DNA from: a virus
Length of the DNA stretch: 64,000 nt
Strand: one strand, 5' to 3'
IMG/VR virus record: IMGVR_UViG_3300028392_000045
Location: 33,265 to 97,264 of that record
The notes beneath the pieces are model-generated. The model ran no database searches. It was not told the DNA's origin and worked only from the letters and a program-made list of their open reading frames with translations. Every line of letters starts with the position of its first letter. Position 1 is the first letter of the stretch. Below are positions 58,301-64,000 of this stretch, piece after piece. Made by a program: the position numbers and the translations under genes.

Positions 58301-59253
58301 TCTGACATAACACCTTTCATAAATGCAAAGTCAGGTTTATATCTATCTTTATTTTTTTGTACCCAATCTATAAAGTTATCTTTATTAAACTCTATATCAT
58401 TTTTATTTTTAATAGCTCTAATAATAGGGTGTCCTAATATCTCATGTATAGGCGAGTCTAATGTAGCATAAGCTAAGTTTATATAGGCTACTCCATCTTC
58501 AATCTTCCCTTTGTATTCTTTAGACCTATCTGATTCTATCTTATAAGGCATACCTATCCTATCTGCTAGTCTAGCAGCTAAGTCTCTAATAGTTTTTTCA
58601 GAAGCTATTATACCTTCATCATTACTATTTTGATAGTTAATATTAGATTGATTTTGTGCGTCTTGTTTTTTGCCCCAATCATATTTATTAATTAAATAAT
58701 CTAAGGCTGTAGCATGAGAAGGTTCTCCAAGTTCTTTATAATAAACAACAGGTTTATTTTTTAATTTACCAGATTGTAACCATTCTCTAATAAATTTATG
58801 TTGTTCAGGTTTAATAGTAGTTGTTGGAGAAAGTATCCATTCTATATATTTCTCAACACTTTCTTTTGTAGATTTAGTTCTTATTAATCCTTTTTGTATT
58901 TCACTTTCAACAGAACTAAAAGGATTACCAAATTGATTATTAGTACCATTAACTCTTAAAGAAAATATGCCACCAATAGATTTAGCATATTGTACTCCTG
59001 CTGTTTGATAAACAGATTGGATTATAACATTACCTTCTTTAGTTTTATTTCCCAGCTTAGAATAAATATTAGATACTGAAACAGTATCTTTTTTTACTAA
59101 AGTATTAGCCAATTGACTAGAATCAGGGAACTCTTGGCTATTATTTGAGTCCTGCCATACTTGAATTTTAGCAGCTACTACAATAGCAGGTAGATTCAAT
59201 TCTCTACTTAAAGCAATTACATCAGGATGATTGATATTAATACAAGAAGCCAT
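52366..59253 (-). CDS. Giant virion cargo/polyvalent protein (2295 aa)
   Basis: Adjacent to the vRNAP gene; DUF4326-like (FGNPFS...HATALDYL) and zincin-like (IHEILGH, GEEVAH) segments; long helical C-terminus. Confidence 0.7.
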   Translation of the reverse strand: MASCININHPDVIALSRELNLPAIVVAAKIQVWQDSNNSQEFPDSSQLANTLVKKDTVSVSNIYSKLGNKTKEGNVIIQSVYQTAGVQYAKSIGGIFSLRVNGTNNQFGNPFSSVESEIQKGLIRTKSTKESVEKYIEWILSPTTTIKPEQHKFIREWLQSGKLKNKPVVYYKELGEPSHATALDYLINKYDWGKKQDAQNQSNINYQNSNDEGIIASEKTIRDLAARLADRIGMPYKIESDRSKEYKGKIEDGVAYINLAYATLDSPIHEILGHPIIRAIKNKNDIEFNKDNFIDWVQKNKDRYKPDFAFMKGVMSEDEYNEAFKEHGKEWNKLNSEYLKNFSSLYQNLLKELEYGRGKEVLDRIKRDYVYKYNNLRHDFEDWGINKITDLIGAKVTSDNLFGSKRYFIQINDTNTRLSTFLNENLFTKDEFIITENDLKTKYTLEEQQEEAIVELLGMMTADRLDKVKDGKLISLLKRLLKEIKSLIKELLFKREVEIDKLPDNLVLKDLADLLAYSNSKLILPGYEVEYTTPDNMKFKTYQEASNHIGKLARDVKDVDLNKVKIEKKSIIGKIDPITGKKVKSAKFIEGDPATFLADENQWEPPSPDKFHLEFEDGSKHDIYQDELYGNSQEILDFYLQIVPLKNTLLYHFIEKNKEYEQSKEIIDEWKKINNIQYNPEEVYSRGQEFSSVVGAYSSFDVDLMMQNLLQHIEDNEKAGGQFAISAYTKPIDKTIGHLEGGGGKIKFKIYPQSKDILWAANTDVYSGSVWDASEKVNKDKKSELLGVSYTKYPALKNIDVVQPNLASIIDNLAHHHNELGIALTGNNFRLEYDEDIPYQTKKIIDGINRILDHRYGKLVTPKITKNNRVSSGIQPTQTKDNIKESIISVKTKLDTRATVIPDKFVLKSQYTGYANDTWFYKQNGNWFMKNVPYDAPFNTKVEDYDITNMTDVGLGIDEVWESYLKTNSEELENLQVKEKEYTNQALINTKIAALKEVAKKYPRSLIRSEVKLSSTRPNTALPFEPDELPFQKIPNLSSDPLGNIDTTPTKNLSEVETKLLNLLTKAGLKLSTLDDYAKESNLNLRDVNALVDFTKKVVALGNGYTVEQLGEEVAHIAVMNSEGTTEFQKAYDLVEQSPFFSEYETYKERYKKDFNLDDKVADRKARIEILGKQLNQVLKNKLAPIRVDTWLMRLWRKFLNLFKTKELTDYLENITDTFLQEPTLNVVRDEIYYSLQDEENYLKGQISSLKERQKALRKRNNIPEDAIKSVDKQIKSLAEELEGNVNGLGIYKFLGFLNNDLNSAFKWLENYFDVKKSSHGMYLGDRNSTAITNNDLVTQLAAFIGYYRPFLEELKSIIGQDSIIGSARKMVLDKLITNHKNRFDVIQQAYAQLVYEDGVGEVGDGLRKEFPDLTDEEIQAKIGWDWKKGLKFFYKDSNFLETWFAPIRNNTDTLNRIVHKLVFDLNNAIRRTTMAWADSFMTGVEDFIGKDMSWVYEYHNYVEQDKKTGKVRTVRKKTGYWLHRLHYTQWEQNKKEFYQNLNTQYRFSQDFTERAKEQKLIQSYKLLMTDPGLDAATRTFYAKELERLKSYNRAIDNWNKYNTKVVDNAQEIINLRKIHLSPNQFSLWWSLNTATNEDGSIKYFKGELVSPSDGSEVKRGKEKFTTIDYTNKDYAKLTARQQEVLEYLKKEKRKIDFTLPEANIRLAPQTYESMLDAMFNKDPDLYKRLKANVGGAITRKEDDTEFNNEIKLNDGTLLEQAPLRFISKLKDPSRISSDILSSMVAYKQMATNYIEKSKKLSTFENILQLSKTRRLVGKEQKSGESTWSYTALKNFLDVHISGKERDDYTVEILGNDVNVSKLVDRLSGWVRSKNLGLNFITMTSNLISTKVFATIESLIGKYTTVKSSAFANKEFFSMLPSILNSHEKYRSTDRISTLMRFFGLGEDMRNLFNDLDKHVLMRNQPDKTLMYGYQAGDYFSKAIVMISVLDNFRMHEGKFYTAKEAQRAGLDFDKMVSAYSMINTADGTAIHSMSQSVIDNLTSRIKTITSQVDGALSPEDKAAIYQHSVFAMVGLHRGWLFEGMSRRLKTKGYDFTLQDMTEGMYRTAGTFAYQSAISLVGKYFMPKEKISQIKSLLANWNELEDYQKENLKRVVLELLMISAFTVIALALNSGDDDEDDLFMDLLAYQSNRALLEVSSFYNPTELINAIKDPIVPARDLELITNFTELFSGELIESGKYEGLSKREKFLLQLIPGIKGYTLFQDPKGANNFLKHKQLSPLYNLEDLYVDKNK

Positions 59254-59264
59254 TTGGTATTATT

Positions 59265-59618
59265 TTAAGATAAGAAACGTAATTTGTATACAACACCTAC
59301 AATTAGATCAAGAACATCAGAAACAACTTGCTGTAAATATATTTCTTTTACAGTAGCTACATAAGCTTCATATGCAGTTATTTTACTTTTTAAATAAGTA
59401 ACTGGATCTTGACCTTCATTAAAAGATACAGTAGTAAATCCTTTTACAATACCATATCTACCTTGTACTTGTTCTACATAACTATCTCTTAGTTCTACAA
59501 TCTCTTTATATAACTCATCTAAAGCCATATGAGCAGCAAAACTAGAAGTCTGTAAATGCATCAAATGAGCTGTAATCTCTAGCTCAAATAAATCCTGGAT
59601 AAAATCTTTATGTGTCAT
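59265..59618 (-). CDS. Ferritin/Dps-like protein (DUF5856-type)
   Basis: HLMHLQTSSFAAHMALDELY...D...E..QGRYG. Confidence 0.8.
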   Translation of the reverse strand: MTHKDFIQDLFELEITAHLMHLQTSSFAAHMALDELYKEIVELRDSYVEQVQGRYGIVKGFTTVSFNEGQDPVTYLKSKITAYEAYVATVKEIYLQQVVSDVLDLIVGVVYKLRFLS

Positions 59619-59658
59619 ACTATTGAATTTTTAAATTTGATAGTTGAAAATGTGATAG

Positions 59659-62600
59659 TTACAAACATTTAATAATTTCTGATTTCTCAGTATTAGATAA
59701 AGTGTTCCAAATCTCTTCAGTCATTGTTATACCTTTTTTATCTCTAGCATTCTTTTCTAGTATAGCATCTTTGTAGTTATCCCAGCTATAGTCGTTAGTA
59801 TCAATTTTAGATATTCTATTACCTACTATAGAGTCTTTATCAATTACATCAAGAATAGAATTATAATATTTATCTCTTAGCCTTTTCTGTTCTTTATTAA
59901 ATTTATCAAAATTTTCTTTAGATATATCTTCCTCTTCATCTAAGTTTAATGCTTCCCTAACTATATCTTCTCCCTCTACCATATTATAAGGTTTAAGAAA
60001 TAGCAATTCCTTTTCAGTAACTCCTCTTGACTTTAACTCCTTTAATATAGCTTGATAATATTCTTCCTCATTTGTTGCATATCCTTGTGCAGCCTCTCCA
60101 TACCTATTAAACTCAGCAATATCTGTTTCAAAAAATTGTTTTGCCCACTCGTCAACTAAATGTAAAGTAGAAGCTTTGTCAAAATTATAATCTAAAGATT
60201 TTTTATGAATGATATAACTACCTTTTGGTATTACAATTTTATCTTTAGTTATAATTCTTTCTTCATTTTCGTCTCCTACAACTCTTTTTCCATAATCATT
60301 AGATTTTCCTTTTAAATCTAAAGGAAATATTTTATCAGCATAATCTTTATCTATTTCAATTATGTAAGGGTTTTTAGAGTATCTACTTCCGTATGATTCA
60401 GCTAGACCCATGTTATTAGCAAAAGATACACCTTCAGATCTAAATAGAGTATCATAAGAAGGAGTAAGTATTAAATTACCCTCTAAGTCAATAGTTGGAC
60501 TATGCTCCTGCCCTCTGAATAAAGAGTTGTTAAAGTTATCTTTTGTTTTTAGAGTTTTACCAAACTTATTTACAGCATTCTGCTTTTGACTTTCAGGTAA
60601 AGCATTTATTTCTTCTAAAGTATATTGCTTATCAAAACCAGCATTTTTTACATTACTGTTGATAATATTCAACATATCTTGAGTTATAATAGTATTAGTA
60701 GTTGGTTCAGTTTTTTCTAATACAGGTATAGTCTCTACAGCTTTTACTTCATGTCTTTTTTCTGTAGGAGAATAAATCTGAAAATTCCTTATTTTTTGAT
60801 TGTATACAGCTTTAGGTTTTAAGTATTCGTATACACCAAAGTCAGCCATTACATACACATGTTCAAAATCTTTCCCTGCTTTTACATATCTAGGAGATAC
60901 AGTATCAGAATCATATGAAACATTTTTCATAGTAAATACAGTTCCATCTGCATTATACTCTATTTCACTAGTTACTTTAGGTAAATTAACATCTCTATGG
61001 TTATTTCGGATATATTGCTCAATAAAGTTTAAAGCTGTCTCTGAGTTATTCTGCTGGAATGCTTTTAAACCTTTTTCCATATGTTCTGTAAATTCCTTAT
61101 TCTTAATAAAGAAATCTACTGGAATTAGTTGTCCAAAAGTATTAAATCCAAACTCAAATCCTTTTTTATAGAAAGCATATTTGATTAGCTTTTCTGCATA
61201 TGCTATAGTATCTTTTGCTTGTTTAGTATCTATAGAAATTCCTGTAACTGGATTTGTATGCTCTACCTCATTTAGTAAATCATTCCAAGAATCAATTATA
61301 GTTTGAATTTCTACTTCATCATTAGTATTACCTCCAATAAAATTAACTACTCCATTCTTTAATTCTAGTCTACCTAAGAATTTATTATCAGGGTATAGCT
61401 CTTTGTATTTTTGTAATTGAGTCTGTACATTATTAACTACAGTATTGTCATATTTAAAGAAATCAAATCCAGATGCTATGTAAGTATATACAGAATTATA
61501 CATAGACTTCATCTGTTCATCACTTACATAAGTAAAGACATTATCTATAGCTTCATTAAAGATTTGATAGAATACACCTCTTTCCATATTAGGCATACCT
61601 AACTCATTTACTAGGTGCTTATTCCAGTTTACTAATCCTTTATTAATTAAAGCTTCTGTTACAGTAGCATCAGGTGTAAGTGTATCTGAAAAAGATTGTT
61701 CTAGTATAGAATTACCTAATGCTTTACGTACAGTCTTGATTTTCAATAAGTTATCTATTAAAGAAGGGCCAGCACCAGCATTTGCTACTTTTACACCTTT
61801 AATCAAATCTCCTAGTTTTTTAGTAGCTACACCAAGACCTTTATACATAGCTGTATATACTGTTGTATTACCTCCTTTTATAAGACCTGATCTTACACCT
61901 TCAGAAGTAATATCAAGTGCTTGTGGCTGTAAATCAAGACTAGTATCTACTTGAGTCATAAACATTTGTGCTACATCAAGAGGTACACCTAAATAAAGTA
62001 ATGTAAGAGCTGAGTTAATAGTTTCTAAAGTAAAGTTAGAATATTCAGCTTGTGGATCTTTACCATTATCTACTACAGCAGCTAATATCTGTGCTATGTT
62101 AGATGAAATTAAAGTACCATCTGTAGCATGTGTTTTAGATACTTCACTTAACTGCTCTCCATTAAATGTAATAGGCTTAACGTATACTTTACTGTATTGT
62201 ATTAAAGCTTGTACAGCGTTAAAGTTGGCAGCAGATCCTACTAGAGCTTTACCTGTATTCATTCTTTTAGCAATAATAGATAGAGTAGAAGGAGAATAAT
62301 AAGGATAAGTATCTTCTAGTATAGCTTCTTGTTCTTTCTCAGATAAAGCTAAGAATTTTTCTATGTCTAAGCCTTTCTTAGCTGCTCTAATCAATCTGTT
62401 AGTTTCTTTAAGTCTATCAAACCCACCAGGAGTTAGCTGCTCTTGTAGTGAACTAGGATGCTTTAAAATACTAGACATAATATCTAATATCTTATCTTCT
62501 CTTTCAGATCCACCAAAAAAGAATCCTCTTACTTTGTCAATATCAAAATCAAGACCAGCTATCTTAGTTACCATGTCTGGCATATAAATAACACCATTAT

Positions 62601-64000
62601 CTACAGGTAAGTAACCAATTACTTTAATATTGAACATAGAATACTTTCCTTCTGTAGGAATTCTATAAACTAAACCTTCTGTTAACTTAGCATCTGGTGA
62701 ATTAGCTAGCTTAACCATATCTACTAGACCAGTTTCAGAATCTATGTAGTTATATAATCTCTTATCATTAATAGGAGCGTATACTTCAAAATGACTAATT
62801 CCTTTTTTAGGATCTCCTCCATTCCATACTATCTTAGGCTGTCGAGCAAAGCCAATAGAAGAAGCATTAGCAAAAGTATAGCCATGCTCCATTTTGATTT
62901 TAGTAATCTTATTTTTAGATAATGAGTTAAGAATTTGTTCTACTCTAGTAACATGTATAGGATGTGATAAAGGTAAATTAGATACAGAGTCAATATAATC
63001 TTCTCGCATACCTCTATTTACCATATCTTCAATAAGTAGTCTCTTTACATTTTCTACAGTAACCTCACTAAGTAGTTTATCACTAGCTTCTACTACACCT
63101 TCAGTAAGTAGTTGATTATATAATTTGAAAGTACCAACAGCATCTAAGCCTTGATAGTATATTTCATTCTTATCTAAGTTAGCTGTAATCAACTTCATAA
63201 TCTGTGTACCAAAAATAACATCTGAGTCAAGGTGGTGAGCTGGTGTTTCTTGCTGCTTACCCCATTGAGCTAAATCAAATGTCATATTAGGTCTCTTACC
63301 TACTTTGACAGTAGTATCATAAGTAACAAAGTCATATTTTCTGTTATCCAGATTATAAGACATTGTAGTAAAGTCATAACCCATTTGCTCTAGCCATTCC
63401 TTGTATTGAGGATTGTACATAGGGTTAGGCTTACCATTTATAGTCTCTCTACCATAGAAAGGTACTATAAGAGATTCTGAGTCTTTCTTTTGAGTAGGAG
63501 CAATAAATCCATCTTCTACTGTATTCCAATTAAAGTAGAAAGGTTTAATTACAGTAAGTGTAGCTGCTTTATTATTTCCTAGAATTTGATTACCTACATA
63601 AGAATAAGGTGTTTCTCCTTTTTCTAATACCTCAAAAGTAGCCTGCATATCATCAGTCCACTCATTAAGTGTAATCATCCTATCTCTATAAGCATATAAA
63701 TCTATAAAGGTTTGAGCATCTGTTTTACTTACTTTACCATAATCAAAGCCGATAGACTTTAATTCTTCGTCCTGTTCAGACAGTTCTTCTACATCATCAA
63801 TTACTAATCCTTTTTGTATAGGAGAATGTACAGTAATGCCTTTAAAGTTATTTTTGACATTACCTCGAATAACAGGAGACCAAATTTGTTTAGCTCTTTT
63901 GTAATAGTCAATTAATCCTTTATAAAAGGCAGGATCTCCTACAGTAATCCAAGAAAGCTGTGTATGAACATACATATGCTCTAAGGTATACTGAGCTAAT
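59659..64000 (-). CDS. Virion-associated RNA polymerase (5' end beyond window) with C-terminal accessory domain
   Basis: Catalytic GLDFDIDK motif characteristic of crAss-like vRNAP, YRIPTE, TDAQ, AVVDNGKDP; frame open to position 64000. Confidence 0.9.
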   Translation of the reverse strand, partial: LAQYTLEHMYVHTQLSWITVGDPAFYKGLIDYYKRAKQIWSPVIRGNVKNNFKGITVHSPIQKGLVIDDVEELSEQDEELKSIGFDYGKVSKTDAQTFIDLYAYRDRMITLNEWTDDMQATFEVLEKGETPYSYVGNQILGNNKAATLTVIKPFYFNWNTVEDGFIAPTQKKDSESLIVPFYGRETINGKPNPMYNPQYKEWLEQMGYDFTTMSYNLDNRKYDFVTYDTTVKVGKRPNMTFDLAQWGKQQETPAHHLDSDVIFGTQIMKLITANLDKNEIYYQGLDAVGTFKLYNQLLTEGVVEASDKLLSEVTVENVKRLLIEDMVNRGMREDYIDSVSNLPLSHPIHVTRVEQILNSLSKNKITKIKMEHGYTFANASSIGFARQPKIVWNGGDPKKGISHFEVYAPINDKRLYNYIDSETGLVDMVKLANSPDAKLTEGLVYRIPTEGKYSMFNIKVIGYLPVDNGVIYMPDMVTKIAGLDFDIDKVRGFFFGGSEREDKILDIMSSILKHPSSLQEQLTPGGFDRLKETNRLIRAAKKGLDIEKFLALSEKEQEAILEDTYPYYSPSTLSIIAKRMNTGKALVGSAANFNAVQALIQYSKVYVKPITFNGEQLSEVSKTHATDGTLISSNIAQILAAVVDNGKDPQAEYSNFTLETINSALTLLYLGVPLDVAQMFMTQVDTSLDLQPQALDITSEGVRSGLIKGGNTTVYTAMYKGLGVATKKLGDLIKGVKVANAGAGPSLIDNLLKIKTVRKALGNSILEQSFSDTLTPDATVTEALINKGLVNWNKHLVNELGMPNMERGVFYQIFNEAIDNVFTYVSDEQMKSMYNSVYTYIASGFDFFKYDNTVVNNVQTQLQKYKELYPDNKFLGRLELKNGVVNFIGGNTNDEVEIQTIIDSWNDLLNEVEHTNPVTGISIDTKQAKDTIAYAEKLIKYAFYKKGFEFGFNTFGQLIPVDFFIKNKEFTEHMEKGLKAFQQNNSETALNFIEQYIRNNHRDVNLPKVTSEIEYNADGTVFTMKNVSYDSDTVSPRYVKAGKDFEHVYVMADFGVYEYLKPKAVYNQKIRNFQIYSPTEKRHEVKAVETIPVLEKTEPTTNTIITQDMLNIINSNVKNAGFDKQYTLEEINALPESQKQNAVNKFGKTLKTKDNFNNSLFRGQEHSPTIDLEGNLILTPSYDTLFRSEGVSFANNMGLAESYGSRYSKNPYIIEIDKDYADKIFPLDLKGKSNDYGKRVVGDENEERIITKDKIVIPKGSYIIHKKSLDYNFDKASTLHLVDEWAKQFFETDIAEFNRYGEAAQGYATNEEEYYQAILKELKSRGVTEKELLFLKPYNMVEGEDIVREALNLDEEEDISKENFDKFNKEQKRLRDKYYNSILDVIDKDSIVGNRISKIDTNDYSWDNYKDAILEKNARDKKGITMTEEIWNTLSNTEKSEIIKCL

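Noticed and set aside
1-64000. Stop-codon reassignment (TAG or TGA), known in some crAss-like phages
   Set aside because: All large genes are intact in the standard code; TAG and TGA both end genes at sensible coupled positions; no suppressor tRNA seen

Overview
AT-rich 64 kb segment of a crAss-like (Crassvirales-type) Bacteroidota phage read in the standard genetic code. The minus-strand virion/packaging block (1-16.7 kb) holds ring/tail genes, a free-standing LAGLIDADG endonuclease, major capsid, portal, an intein-containing terminase and an amidase. The plus-strand early/replication block (17-51.4 kb) holds a tRNA-like RNA, PolA, SF2 and DnaB helicases, an RNA ligase, ERF, primase, a Ubl/E2/JAB/ThiF ubiquitin-like cassette, nucleases, a MazG-like enzyme and a macro domain. 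The minus-strand giant virion genes (52-64 kb) are a polyvalent cargo protein and a DFDID-motif virion RNA polymerase with a C-terminal ART-like domain. The most striking signal is mostly missed by the ORF track. About 50 translationally coupled microprotein ORFs (36-63 aa, hand-translated) fill the apparent intergenic gaps in five tandem arrays, 34 of them in 46.1-51.4 kb. They share an M-[KRN]-[IL] start and a hydrophobic xLILI-stop end around unrelated middles. A second unexplained signal is a family of exactly 50-bp inverted double-hairpin elements, one inside polA. Functional calls rest on motif recognition only; no database searches were run.
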